64,000 bases of DNA from contig DATJGJ010000010.1 of NCBI GenBank assembly GCA_035495115.1, positions 2,407-66,406 of the forward strand. Direction: 5' to 3'. The translations under genes were made by a program, and so were the position numbers. Source of the DNA: Minisyncoccota bacterium (GTDB lineage: Bacteria; Patescibacteriota; Minisyncoccia; Phycocordibacterales; PALSA-1337). The notes beneath the pieces are model-generated. The model had not been told where the DNA came from. It searched no databases and saw only the letters and a program-made list of their open reading frames with translations. Shown in pieces: positions 39,353 to 48,454 of the stretch; position 1 is the stretch's first letter; each line of letters opens with the position of its first letter.

Positions 39353-39400
39353 ACCTCTCACGCTCATTTGAGCTTTTTTAATTCTACATTCACTCATTCC

Positions 39401-39748
39401 ATGGCACGATCACTTAAGAAAGGTCCATATGTCGAGGAAAGACTCCTCAAGAAAATAGCTGGCAAAAAGCCTGCTACTTCTGGCGTCATCAAGACATGGT
39501 CACGTCGCAGTCAGATCTCTCCTGAGATGCTCGGCTTTACTTTTGGCGTACACAACGGTCGTGCTCATATAGAAGTTCTAGTCACCGAGGACATGGTTGG
39601 ACACCGCCTCGGTGAATTCTCGCCTACACGTAAGTTCGTACGTCACGGTGGTAAGATGCAAAAGGAAATCGAGCTCAAGGCAAAGGAGGCTGAGGTCGCA
39701 GCTGCAAAGTCAGCAAAGGAAGCAGCTACTACCGCTACAAAGAAATAA
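39401..39748 (+). CDS. rpsS: 30S ribosomal protein S19 (Lys/Ala-rich C-terminal extension)
   Basis: [19 protein letters not shown]...[13 protein letters not shown], a canonical S19. The upstream in-frame ORF extension covers the promoter and is not coding. Confidence 0.9.
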   Translation: MARSLKKGPYVEERLLKKIAGKKPATSGVIKTWSRRSQISPEMLGFTFGVHNGRAHIEVLVTEDMVGHRLGEFSPTRKFVRHGGKMQKEIELKAKEAEVAAAKSAKEAATTATKK

Positions 39749-39757
39749 TACATTTTT

Positions 39758-40135
39758 ATGATTACTGCCTCACTCAAAAATACTCGCATCGCTCCTCGTA
39801 AAGTTCGTGTTGTCGCTGACATGATTCGTGGCAAGAGTGTTGCAGATGCACAGACCATCCTCGGTTTTGCTGCAAAGAAAGCTCGCCATCCTATCTCAGT
39901 CCTCATCGACTCAGCTGTTGCCAATGCTTCACACAATTTCAAGATCGGTCCAGAAGGCCTCATCGTCAAAGAGATTCGTGTCGATCAAGGCTTTGTTATG
40001 AAGCGCTCGATGCCTGTATCACGTGGTTCTGCTCACCCTATCGCTCTCCGTACGAGCCATATCCTCGTTGTTCTTGCTCCAGGAGTTGCAAAGAAGTCGA
40101 AAAAGACCGCAAAGAAGGCTACTGCTAAAAAATAA
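39758..40135 (+). CDS. rplV: 50S ribosomal protein L22
   Basis: APRKVRVVADMIRGKSVADA L22 N-terminus. Confidence 0.9.
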   Translation: MITASLKNTRIAPRKVRVVADMIRGKSVADAQTILGFAAKKARHPISVLIDSAVANASHNFKIGPEGLIVKEIRVDQGFVMKRSMPVSRGSAHPIALRTSHILVVLAPGVAKKSKKTAKKATAKK

Positions 40136-40139
40136 TCAT

Positions 40140-40817
40140 ATGTCACACACCGTACACCCTTATTCTCATAGACTTGGCATCATCCGCGATTGGAAAGGTC
40201 GTTGGTTCGGCACAGATCAAGGATACCGCACAGCCCTCAAGACTGACGTTATCATCCGCGAATTCCTCCAAAAAGAGCTCCGTACGTTTTACGTAGGTGG
40301 CGTTGAGATTGAACGATCACAAAAAGTGCTCCGTGTTGTCATCAAGACTTCACGTCCAGGCATGCTCATCGGCAAATCAGGCGACGGTATCGTCAAACTC
40401 CGTGCAAAGATCATGACTCTTCTCCGTAAGGCGAAGATCGATCTCAAGAACCAAGAGCTCAAACTCGACATCGAAGAGGTTCGTACTCCTGAGTCAAACG
40501 CCGCTATTACAGGCATGATGATCGCTGAAGCTCTCGAAAAGCGTCTCCCATTCCGCCGTGTTCTCAAACAGACTATCGAAAAGGTTATGGCAAACAAAGA
40601 GGTAAAGGGTATCCGTATCCGCCTCGGTGGTCGTCTCGGTGGTGCTGAGATCGCTCGCTCAGAAGAGCTCAAGAAAGGACAGGTTCCTCTCCAGACACTC
40701 CGCGCAGACATCGACTTCGCTCGTGAAAAAGCTCATATGACTTACGGCGATATCGGTATCAAAGTTTGGATATACAAGGGCGAGATCTTCGCAAAAGACG
40801 TCGCTGCAAAGAAATAA
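40140..40817 (+). CDS. rpsC: 30S ribosomal protein S3
   Basis: MSHTVHPYSHRLGIIRDWKGRWF followed by KH domain and S3 C-terminal domain. Confidence 0.9.
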   Translation: MSHTVHPYSHRLGIIRDWKGRWFGTDQGYRTALKTDVIIREFLQKELRTFYVGGVEIERSQKVLRVVIKTSRPGMLIGKSGDGIVKLRAKIMTLLRKAKIDLKNQELKLDIEEVRTPESNAAITGMMIAEALEKRLPFRRVLKQTIEKVMANKEVKGIRIRLGGRLGGAEIARSEELKKGQVPLQTLRADIDFAREKAHMTYGDIGIKVWIYKGEIFAKDVAAKK

Positions 40818-40835
40818 ATCATTTAATTTACTACT

Positions 40836-41261
40836 ATGTTATTCCCTAAGAAAGTAAAACACCGCAAGTGGTTCACCAAACGCAAGAACAGCGTTAAGGA
40901 AGCTGCAAAAAATGAAACTCGTGGCGTCGAGGTCTCTTTTGGCTCATACGGCCTCAAAGCTATGAAGTATGCTCGTATCACTTCAAACCAAATCGAGTCA
41001 GCACGTAAAGTTATGGCTCGCTATGCTACCAAGTCTGGCAAAGTTTGGGTCCGTGTTTTTCCTGATCGTCCATATACTCAGAAGCCTGCCGAAGTGAAAA
41101 TGGGAAAGGGAAAGGGTGAACCGGTCGGCTTCGTATGTGAGGTCAAGCCAGGTCGCGTTATGTTCGAGATTGATGGTGTTGACGCTGAGGTTGCACGCGA
41201 AGCTCTCCGCAAGGCAGGTACAAAACTTCCTATGAAGACCAAGGTTGTCACACGCATCTAA
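40836..41261 (+). CDS. rplP: 50S ribosomal protein L16
   Basis: MLFPKKVKHRK...RVFPDRPYTQKP...GKGKGEP L16 signatures. Confidence 0.95.
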   Translation: MLFPKKVKHRKWFTKRKNSVKEAAKNETRGVEVSFGSYGLKAMKYARITSNQIESARKVMARYATKSGKVWVRVFPDRPYTQKPAEVKMGKGKGEPVGFVCEVKPGRVMFEIDGVDAEVAREALRKAGTKLPMKTKVVTRI

Positions 41262-41281
41262 TACTTTATATATCTACTATT

Positions 41282-41500
41282 ATGAAATCTACTCTCAATA
41301 AAGACATCGCCCACAAGACACAAGCAGACCTCGCAAAGATGGTGTCTGACAAGCGCGAAGCTCTCCGCCTCTTCCGTTTTGGTGCTGCTGGTGCAAAAGC
41401 AAAGAATGTCAAAGAGGGTAAATCTATCAGAAAGGACATCGCACGCATTTTGACTGCTATGAATAAAGGGAAGCACGAAAACATGGAAGCAGGGAAATAA
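41282..41500 (+). CDS. rpmC: 50S ribosomal protein L29
   Basis: 72 aa, L29 helical hairpin, in the conserved position. Confidence 0.85.
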   Translation: MKSTLNKDIAHKTQADLAKMVSDKREALRLFRFGAAGAKAKNVKEGKSIRKDIARILTAMNKGKHENMEAGK

Positions 41501-41543
41501 AAACTAGACAAATCATCTAATTTCAAGTAATATCACAACTCTT

Positions 41544-41804
41544 ATGAAAGCAACTAAAACAACAGTAGAAAAGAAGATCACACGCCAAACATTCACTGGT
41601 GTTGTTAGTTCTGACAAGATGAAAGACACCGTTGTTGTTGTGGTCAATCGTTTCATGAAGCATCCAAAGTATCAGAAGTTCATCAACAAGAGAACAAAGA
41701 TCATGGCTTCAGATATCGGCAATACAAAGAAGATAGGAGACAAAGCTACTGTCGAGGCTTGCCGTCCAATCTCAAAGAACAAATCATTCAAGGTTATCGC
41801 CTAA
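41544..41804 (+). CDS. rpsQ: 30S ribosomal protein S17
   Basis: TFTGVVSSDKMKDTVVVVV...KYQK S17 OB fold. Confidence 0.9.
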   Translation: MKATKTTVEKKITRQTFTGVVSSDKMKDTVVVVVNRFMKHPKYQKFINKRTKIMASDIGNTKKIGDKATVEACRPISKNKSFKVIA

Positions 41805-41820
41805 ATTTTAATACACTACC

Positions 41821-42192
41821 ATGATTCAACCACGCTCAATCGTCAATATCGCTGATAACTCTGGTGCAAAGATCGGACGTATCTTCAAAGTTCTCGGTGC
41901 ATCTCACAAACGCTATGCTGAGATCGGTGAAGTCGTTGTGCTCTCAGTCCAAAAGGCAGAGCCTCGCAAGGCAGTCAAGAAGAAAGACGTTCTCCATGCC
42001 GTCGTCGTTCGTCAGCGCAAAGCTACTCGCAGAAAGGACGGTTCATATATTCGTTTTGATGAGAACGCGGTTGTTATCATCGAGAAAGACAAGAAAGAGC
42101 CTATCGCTGGACGCATCTTCGGTCCAATCCCACGCGAGATCGCAGAAGCAGGTTTCAAGACTATCGCTTCAAAAGCTTCAGAAATCGTATAA
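41821..42192 (+). CDS. rplN: 50S ribosomal protein L14
   Basis: MIQPRSIVNIADNSGAK L14 N-terminus. Confidence 0.95.
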   Translation: MIQPRSIVNIADNSGAKIGRIFKVLGASHKRYAEIGEVVVLSVQKAEPRKAVKKKDVLHAVVVRQRKATRRKDGSYIRFDENAVVIIEKDKKEPIAGRIFGPIPREIAEAGFKTIASKASEIV

Positions 42193-42203
42193 CTTTTACT
42201 ACC

Positions 42204-42422
42204 ATGCATATCAAAAAAGGTGACACAGTTAAAATTCTCTCAGGAGATGACAAGGGCAAGACCGGCAAGGTCATCAAGGCTTTTCCTGCTACAGGAAAGG
42301 TGCTCATTGAAGGCATGAACATGATGAAGCGTCACGAGAAATCTCGTAAGCAGGGAACAAAGGGTCAGATCGTCGACCGTGCTATGCCGATGCATGCTTC
42401 AAAGGTTGCAAAGGCTGAATAA
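42204..42422 (+). CDS. rplX: 50S ribosomal protein L24 (short KOW form)
   Basis: MHIKKGDTVKILSGDDKGKTGKV KOW motif. Confidence 0.8.
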   Translation: MHIKKGDTVKILSGDDKGKTGKVIKAFPATGKVLIEGMNMMKRHEKSRKQGTKGQIVDRAMPMHASKVAKAE

Positions 42423-42433
42423 TATCCACTACC

Positions 42434-43006
42434 ATGACTACTACTCACAAGAAAACTGTTCTCGATTTAAATAAGGAATCATTCAAAGCTCTCAAGGACT
42501 CTTTGAACATCAAAAATGCTATGCAGGCTCCACAGCTCAAGAAAGTGGTTGTCAGTAGCAGTTTCGGTTCAGTGAAGGACAAGAAAAAGATTGAGATTAT
42601 CGCTGATCGTCTCGCTCGCATCACTGGCCAAAAGCCAGCCCCACGTGCAGCAAAGAAAGCTATCGCTACATTCAAGACTCGCGTCGGCGATCCTCTCGGC
42701 TACCAGATCACTCTCCGCGGCCCACGTATGTTCGATTTTATGGATCGTTTGATCAACATCGCTCTCCCTCGCACAAAGGACTTCCGCGGTCTCTCACGCA
42801 ACTCTGTCGACGCAATGGGCAACTATACGATCGGTATCAAGGAACACACTATCTTCCCAGAGACATCAGATGAAGACCTCAAGGACGTTTTTGGTCTCGC
42901 TATCACTCTCGTCACTACTTCAGATGACAAGGCAAAGACCATTGGCTTCCTCGAATACCTCGGTCTCCCACTCAAGAAAGAGGATGACAAGAAGGGAAAG
43001 AAATAA
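42434..43006 (+). CDS. rplE: 50S ribosomal protein L5
   Basis: 190-aa L5 family, in the conserved position before S14. Confidence 0.9.
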   Translation: MTTTHKKTVLDLNKESFKALKDSLNIKNAMQAPQLKKVVVSSSFGSVKDKKKIEIIADRLARITGQKPAPRAAKKAIATFKTRVGDPLGYQITLRGPRMFDFMDRLINIALPRTKDFRGLSRNSVDAMGNYTIGIKEHTIFPETSDEDLKDVFGLAITLVTTSDDKAKTIGFLEYLGLPLKKEDDKKGKK

Positions 43007-43011
43007 TATCT

Positions 43012-43038
43012 AAAAAACCACCGATGAGGTGGTTTTTT
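43012..43038 (+). terminator. Rho-independent terminator after rplE
   Basis: aaccacc-gatg-aggtggtt stem followed by T6. Confidence 0.5.
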
Positions 43039-43060
43039 GTTTTCTGCTATACTACCAGCC

Positions 43061-44905
43061 ATGACCCAAGCCGAAGCATTAAATATTCTCAAAACGGGTG
43101 CAAACGTTTTTCTGACCGGACCAGCGGGCAGCGGCAAAACCTACGTCCTCAGAGAATACCTCCAGTGCCTGCGTGAACGAGAGATACCCGTCGGCATCAC
43201 GGCCTCGACGGGTATTGCTGCAACTCATATGGGCGGTGTCACTATACACTCGTGGTCTGGCGTCGGCGTACGCGATACTCTCTCAGAGCAAGATCTCGAG
43301 GAGATTTCAGAAAAGAGCTATGTAAAGACAAAGATCGAAGCGGCGAAAGTACTCATCATCGATGAGATATCTATGCTTCATCATTTCCGTTTGGATTTGA
43401 TAAATGAAATAGTTAAAAAAATCCGTAAATCAGATCAGCCGTTCGGTGGACTGCAAGTAGTCGTGTGCGGCGACTTTTTCCAATTGCCGCCGATCTCTCG
43501 TGGGGGAGAGCCCGATGCCTATTTTGCCTACCATTCAAAGGCATGGAAGGAAGCTAATTTCGTCGTCTGCTACCTCGAAGAACAACATCGTCAGATAGAC
43601 AAAGAATACGTAGGTATCTTGAATGGTATACGTGCCCAGTCGCTTTCAACGGCAATGATGGATTTGTTGCACGGGCGCATCATTTCTCGCAATAAGAGAG
43701 AAGACGACGGCATTGAGTTTCTGACTGATGAGCATATGGGTGCTGAAGAAGACGTTGTTTTTATTGGCGATGAAGATGAAGTTAAAAAGAAAGTCGAAAC
43801 AGATATTCCTGTCGAGATCCCTACGATTTTGACAGAGAATATAAAAGCCACGCGACTTTATTCTCACAATAGTGACGTTGACGCTGAAAATGACCGTGAG
43901 CTTGCCGCTGTTCCGGGGAACTTCTTGGAGTACAAGATGATATCTCACGGCAATAAAAAGCTGGTCGAAGGATTGAAGAAATCATGTTTGGCACCGGAAG
44001 TTCTCCGCCTCAAAGTAGGCGCTCAAGTCATGTTCGTCAAGAATAATTGGGAAGTAGGATATGCCAATGGTACACGAGGCGTCGTCGCTGAATGTACGTA
44101 TGACAGCATTGTCGTCAAAACACTCGATGGGAGAGAGATCGATGTTCCACTCGAAAGTTGGCGTGTCGATGAGGGCGATAGGACGCTCGCCGAGATCGAG
44201 CAGTATCCATTGCGACTCGCATGGGCTATCACTATACATAAGAGTCAGGGCATGTCGCTCGACGCTGCACACATCGACCTATCACGTTCATTTGAGAAGG
44301 GTATGGGCTATGTAGCGCTCTCTCGTGTACGATCGCTCCTCGGGCTTACCTTGGCAGGTCTCAACGATGTAGCCTTACATATTCATCCGGAAGCGTATGA
44401 GTTTGATAAGCATTTTCGTGAACAATCCAAAAAAGCCGAGGCGCATTTTATGTCGTTGTCAGCAGATGATCTCAAGGCGCGACAAAAGAAATTCCTCGGC
44501 CCTGATCCAGTGACAAAAGAAGATGGTGAGTCAGATGAAGATTTTGCGGAGAGATCAAAAGCCGTAAAACGCACTAGAAAAGGCAAAAAACCAAAGATAC
44601 CTACGGCTGAAGTTACACGCAGTCTCATCGATATGGGAAAATCCGTCCGTGAAGTCGCCAAGGAGCGCGGTCTTTCATTTGATACTATCCTCAATCACAT
44701 AGAACATGAAAAAAGAGAAGATCCGACGTGGAATATCTCGCATCTCCGTGACGCGCTCCCGGTCACTCGTTTCAAGAAAATCTCAATGGCGTTTCATACG
44801 GTGGGTATGCAAGAGGGGGGAGGTAGAGCACTTTCACCAGTTAAAAACATATTGGGCAATGGTTTCACTTTTGAGGAGATCAGGCTCGTGAGATTATTTC
44901 TGTAA
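43061..44905 (+). CDS. Pif1-like (SF1B, RecD/Pif1 family) DNA helicase with C-terminal HTH
   Basis: Walker A GPAGSGKTY, LIIDEISM, GDFFQLPPI and IHKSQGMSLD helicase motifs. C-terminal HTH_40-like segment (TAEVTRSLIDMGKSVREVAKERGLSFDTILNHIE). Start set at ATG 43061, downstream of the terminator and a TATACT box. Confidence 0.75.
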   Translation: MTQAEALNILKTGANVFLTGPAGSGKTYVLREYLQCLREREIPVGITASTGIAATHMGGVTIHSWSGVGVRDTLSEQDLEEISEKSYVKTKIEAAKVLIIDEISMLHHFRLDLINEIVKKIRKSDQPFGGLQVVVCGDFFQLPPISRGGEPDAYFAYHSKAWKEANFVVCYLEEQHRQIDKEYVGILNGIRAQSLSTAMMDLLHGRIISRNKREDDGIEFLTDEHMGAEEDVVFIGDEDEVKKKVETDIPVEIPTILTENIKATRLYSHNSDVDAENDRELAAVPGNFLEYKMISHGNKKLVEGLKKSCLAPEVLRLKVGAQVMFVKNNWEVGYANGTRGVVAECTYDSIVVKTLDGREIDVPLESWRVDEGDRTLAEIEQYPLRLAWAITIHKSQGMSLDAAHIDLSRSFEKGMGYVALSRVRSLLGLTLAGLNDVALHIHPEAYEFDKHFREQSKKAEAHFMSLSADDLKARQKKFLGPDPVTKEDGESDEDFAERSKAVKRTRKGKKPKIPTAEVTRSLIDMGKSVREVAKERGLSFDTILNHIEHEKREDPTWNISHLRDALPVTRFKKISMAFHTVGMQEGGGRALSPVKNILGNGFTFEEIRLVRLFL

Positions 44906-44960
44906 TTAACAGGTCATTGCTGTTATTCTGACTGAGCTAGGTTATACTTTGTGTATACTT

Positions 44961-46103
44961 ATGATCAATAAACAACTGCTTGATTACATCTCATACAAAC
45001 TTGCTCATGGCTCAAGCGATGAGGCTATAGTTCAAAAAATCTTAGCAGAAGGTAGTTGGACAACTGCGGATATCAACGAGGCGTTCGCTGCGCTCGGCCG
45101 AAGTGTTCCAGAAAACAAAAAGCCCCAATTTATTGTACCTCCAATTGTACCTCCAATTTCAGCAACAATTGCACCAAAACCACCAGCCACACTTTCTGTG
45201 CCAGTTCGAGAACCTCTGACTCCTCCACCAGCGCCAATGCCGATCGTACCAAAACCGGAGGTTCAGCCAATACCAAAACCTACACCTCTTCCGGAAACCG
45301 CTCCGGTATCTCAAGCATGGGAAATGCCGCCTCGTGAAAAATCTCCCGCATCATCATTTCCACGTCCATCAGTTCCAACGCCACCGCTCCCGCAAACATC
45401 TGCATCGCATGTATTTGTAGCTCCAGTAAATCAGCGCCAGACTTCCACACATTCCGGGGCGCGTATTATCATTATCCTTCTCATTGTCGCCATTCTTGGA
45501 GGTGCGGGCGCATATATGTATTTGTATCGATTCGATACTGTACAATCGCTCATAAAGAGTATTGCTGGAAAGAGTGAGTCTACCACAGCCCCAAGTCCTT
45601 CAGTCCAAAAGCCGATAAAGAGAACTCCTGCTATGGTTAATAATGCATCATACAGTTTCGTATTACCTGATGGTTGGCAGGCATCAGCCTCATCAAATGA
45701 TGGTCAAGGCGTCCAAGCTTCAAATCCAACAACGGGATTTGTAGTATCGACAGCTATCACTCAAATCCCTAAAAGCGCAGGCGCTATCAGTTCGATTGAT
45801 CAGATAATGACGTCTGATACAACAAAGGCAATCATCAAATCAGAGTTCCCTGGCATGACTGTTGCTTTCGGCAAGGTAAGTGCCGGTATGCTCGGGGGAG
45901 AGAAGGCGGTTATTGTGGCTTTTACTTTGACAGCAACAAGCACAACTGATGGAGTCGAACAATTAAAGACCAAAGCGATGTTACAGTATAGTGCGGTGCA
46001 TGAGGGTATTTTATATAGTGTTGTTTTCAAATCAGATTTGGATAAAGGGTTGGATTTACTAAAAGATGCTGAGACTATAGCGGGAAGCTTTACGTTTATG
46101 TAG
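44961..46103 (+). CDS. Pro-rich membrane protein (cytoplasmic N-terminal helical domain, Pro-rich linker, one TM, extracytoplasmic domain)
   Basis: MINKQLLDYISYKLAHGSSDEAIVQKIL..., then a PxxP-rich segment (IVPPIVPPISA...PPPAPMPIVPKPEVQPIPKPTPLPE), a TM (IIIILLIVAILGGAGAYMYLY), and a roughly 190-aa C-terminal domain. Confidence 0.45.
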   Translation: MINKQLLDYISYKLAHGSSDEAIVQKILAEGSWTTADINEAFAALGRSVPENKKPQFIVPPIVPPISATIAPKPPATLSVPVREPLTPPPAPMPIVPKPEVQPIPKPTPLPETAPVSQAWEMPPREKSPASSFPRPSVPTPPLPQTSASHVFVAPVNQRQTSTHSGARIIIILLIVAILGGAGAYMYLYRFDTVQSLIKSIAGKSESTTAPSPSVQKPIKRTPAMVNNASYSFVLPDGWQASASSNDGQGVQASNPTTGFVVSTAITQIPKSAGAISSIDQIMTSDTTKAIIKSEFPGMTVAFGKVSAGMLGGEKAVIVAFTLTATSTTDGVEQLKTKAMLQYSAVHEGILYSVVFKSDLDKGLDLLKDAETIAGSFTFM

Positions 46104-46120
46104 GTTACAAAGAGAGACTA

Positions 46121-46149
46121 TTGACCCTTTATGCATCATCTGCTAGTAT
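46121..46149 (+). promoter_or_regulatory. Sigma70-like promoter (TTGACC-17-TAGTAT) driving rpsZ and the distal spc genes, with a roughly 100-nt leader
   Basis: TTGACC at 46121-46126 and TAGTAT at 46144-46149. Confidence 0.35.
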
Positions 46150-46254
46150 CATACCTACCTCAATAAAAGCTCGTTCTGAGGAAGTGATTGGAAGCAAACG
46201 CCTAAATTAAGGGCTTTAGCTAACCAATCGAAATTTTGTTTAAATAAACACATT

Positions 46255-46440
46255 ATGGCAACTAAAGCAGTCATTGCACGCTCAAAGAGAACACCGAAGT
46301 TTGCTTCGCGTGTTGTTCGTCGTTGTTTCCGTTGTGGTCGTAAGCACGGTTATATGCGTGATTTTGACCTCTGCCGTATTTGTTTCCGTGAATTCGCCAA
46401 TGAAGGCATTATCCCAGGCATAAAGAAATCATCATGGTAA
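46255..46440 (+). CDS. rpsZ: 30S ribosomal protein S14, Zn-ribbon (Z) type
   Basis: 61 aa with [23 protein letters not shown] (C4 zinc ribbon). Confidence 0.85.
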   Translation: MATKAVIARSKRTPKFASRVVRRCFRCGRKHGYMRDFDLCRICFREFANEGIIPGIKKSSW

Positions 46441-46820
46441 CAGACCCTATTTCAGACCTCATAACACGTATCAAGAACAGCAGTGATGCAAAGAAAGCAT
46501 CAGTCACTGTTATCGCATCAAAGCTCACAGAGAATATCGCTCACGTTCTCAAGAAAGCAGGCTACATCTCTTCTGTAGAAAAGAGCAAGACAAAGCGCGA
46601 GCTCGAGCTCGGTCTCGTCTACTTTGATGGTGTTCCTCGTATCAATGGCGTTGAGCGCGTTTCAAAGCCTTCTCGCCGTCTTTATCAGAAAGCAGCAGAT
46701 ATCCGCTCATTCCGCAGTGGTTTTGGTAACACAATCTTTACCACTTCAAAGGGCATTATGATTGATGCTGATGCAAAGAAGCTCAAACTTGGTGGAGAGA
46801 TCCTCTTTAAGATTTGGTAA
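46434..46820 (+). CDS. rpsH: 30S ribosomal protein S8
   Basis: [16 protein letters not shown]8 N-terminus. Confidence 0.9.
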   Translation: MVTDPISDLITRIKNSSDAKKASVTVIASKLTENIAHVLKKAGYISSVEKSKTKRELELGLVYFDGVPRINGVERVSKPSRRLYQKAADIRSFRSGFGNTIFTTSKGIMIDADAKKLKLGGEILFKIW

Positions 46821-46839
46821 TAAATATTTCAATACTACT

Positions 46840-47373
46840 ATGTCAAGAATTGCCAAAAAACCTATAGTTATCCCAGCCAAGACAGAAGTTACTTTTGTTA
46901 ACGGTGTTTTGACTGTAAAGGGACCTCTCGGCGAGCTCAAAAAGAATCTCCGTGACGATGTTTCGATCACTATCGCAAACAACGAGATCGTTCTCGCCAA
47001 GAACCGCAACACCCTCCAGGCAGCCGCTATGATCGGCACATATGCTTCACATATCCGTAACATGATCGCTGGTGTCCACAAAGCATACGAAAAAAAGCTC
47101 GTCATCGAAGGTATCGGTTTCAAAGCTGATGTAAAAGGTACAAATCTCGTTCTCAACGTTGGTTTCTCGCACCCAGTTACTCTTCCTATCCCTGCAGGTC
47201 TCAAAGTAACGACTGAAAAGGCAAATATCATCGTCTCGGGCATCGATTGTGAAGTAGTCGGTCAGTTCGCAGCAGTCACTCGCGCAACAAAGAAGCCTGA
47301 GCCTTATCTCGGAAAGGGTATCCGTTATTCTGATGAAGTTATCCGCAGAAAGCAGGGTAAGAAGGCGGCATAA
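46840..47373 (+). CDS. rplF: 50S ribosomal protein L6
   Basis: MSRIAKKPIVIPAKTEVTFVNGVLTVKGPLGEL, a canonical L6. Start set at the internal ATG 46840. Confidence 0.9.
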   Translation: MSRIAKKPIVIPAKTEVTFVNGVLTVKGPLGELKKNLRDDVSITIANNEIVLAKNRNTLQAAAMIGTYASHIRNMIAGVHKAYEKKLVIEGIGFKADVKGTNLVLNVGFSHPVTLPIPAGLKVTTEKANIIVSGIDCEVVGQFAAVTRATKKPEPYLGKGIRYSDEVIRRKQGKKAA

Positions 47374-47388
47374 ACATAATTTACTTAT

Positions 47389-47742
47389 ATGAAATCAATT
47401 ATCAAAACTCAAAACAAGAAATTTGCTCGCCGTCATGCTCGCACACGCGCAAAGATCAGTGGTACAGCAGAGCGCCCACGCCTCTCTGTTTTCAAGTCGC
47501 ATCGCTATATCTATGCTCAGATCATTGACGATACAAAGGGCAACACTCTCGCTGCTTTCTCATCAAAAGAGGTAAAGGCAAAGAGCCCAGCTGATCGCGC
47601 AAAGGAGGTTGGCACAGGCATCGCAAAGAAAGCTCTTGCAGCAAAGATCACCAAGGTAGTCTTTGATCGAGGAGGCTATTTGTATGCCGGTAAGATCAAG
47701 ATCGTGGCTGATGGTGCTCGCGAGGGAGGACTTCAATTCTAA
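47389..47742 (+). CDS. rplR: 50S ribosomal protein L18
   Basis: [21 protein letters not shown]18 signature. Confidence 0.9.
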   Translation: MKSIIKTQNKKFARRHARTRAKISGTAERPRLSVFKSHRYIYAQIIDDTKGNTLAAFSSKEVKAKSPADRAKEVGTGIAKKALAAKITKVVFDRGGYLYAGKIKIVADGAREGGLQF

Positions 47743-47756
47743 TTTTAATAACTATT

Positions 47757-48443
47757 ATGCAAGACAAAGACACACAGGTTAATACACAAGCTCCAGTAGC
47801 ACCAGCGACAGTTGTTCCAGCAGTCGCAAACAAGGTCACTCCAGGACGCAAGATGCGTGATTCAGCGCGTGCAGGCACACCAGGTGCTCGTAGCAGCAGC
47901 GATACACGCGGACGCGGCGGACGTACTGGCGGAGGACGTGGCAGTGAGCCACGTGAGCGTGTTAAGCCAGAATTCGATGCAAAGATGATCGATATTCGTC
48001 GTGTTACTCGTGTGTCATCAGGCGGACGTCGCTATAGCTTCAGTGTCGCTGTCGTCGCAGGTGATCGCAAGGGTCGTGTTGGTGTTGGTCTCGGTAAGGC
48101 AGGTGATACATCACTCGCTATCGAAAAGGCTACCCGTGAAGCAAAGAAGCACCTTGTCAAAGTTCCGCTTTCTGCTCAGATGACTATCCCTCACGCAACT
48201 TCAGCGAAGTTTGGCAGTGCTCGCATCATGGTATTCCCAGCTCGTGGTAGCGGTATCGTTGCAGGTAGTTCAGCACGTACAGTTATCGAGCTCGCAGGTA
48301 TCAAAGATGTCTGTGCAAAGATCATGTCAGGTTCAAAGAACAAGGTGAACATCGCTCGTGCTATCATCCTCGCTTTCGATAACTTGAGCAGGATCAATCG
48401 CCGCACTCTCCAGAACAAGGCGCCTAAAGTAGCTGCTAAATAA
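47757..48443 (+). CDS. rpsE: 30S ribosomal protein S5 (Arg/Gly-rich N-terminal extension)
   Basis: IDIRRVTRVSSGGRRYSFSVAVVAGDRKGRVGVGLGKA S5 dsRBD and C-terminal domain. The next gene is rplO with no rpmD between them. Confidence 0.9.
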   Translation: MQDKDTQVNTQAPVAPATVVPAVANKVTPGRKMRDSARAGTPGARSSSDTRGRGGRTGGGRGSEPRERVKPEFDAKMIDIRRVTRVSSGGRRYSFSVAVVAGDRKGRVGVGLGKAGDTSLAIEKATREAKKHLVKVPLSAQMTIPHATSAKFGSARIMVFPARGSGIVAGSSARTVIELAGIKDVCAKIMSGSKNKVNIARAIILAFDNLSRINRRTLQNKAPKVAAK

Positions 48444-48454
48444 CTTTTAATACT

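Noticed and set aside
39320-39400. N-terminal 27-codon extension of the rpsS ORF
   Set aside because: The extension spans the TTGACT/TACTAT promoter. S19 begins with the canonical [10 protein letters not shown] at 39401. The analogous extensions of the rpsC (40023), rplF (46762), smpB (57432), pif1 (43037) and DUF218 (5849) ORFs were trimmed for the same reason.
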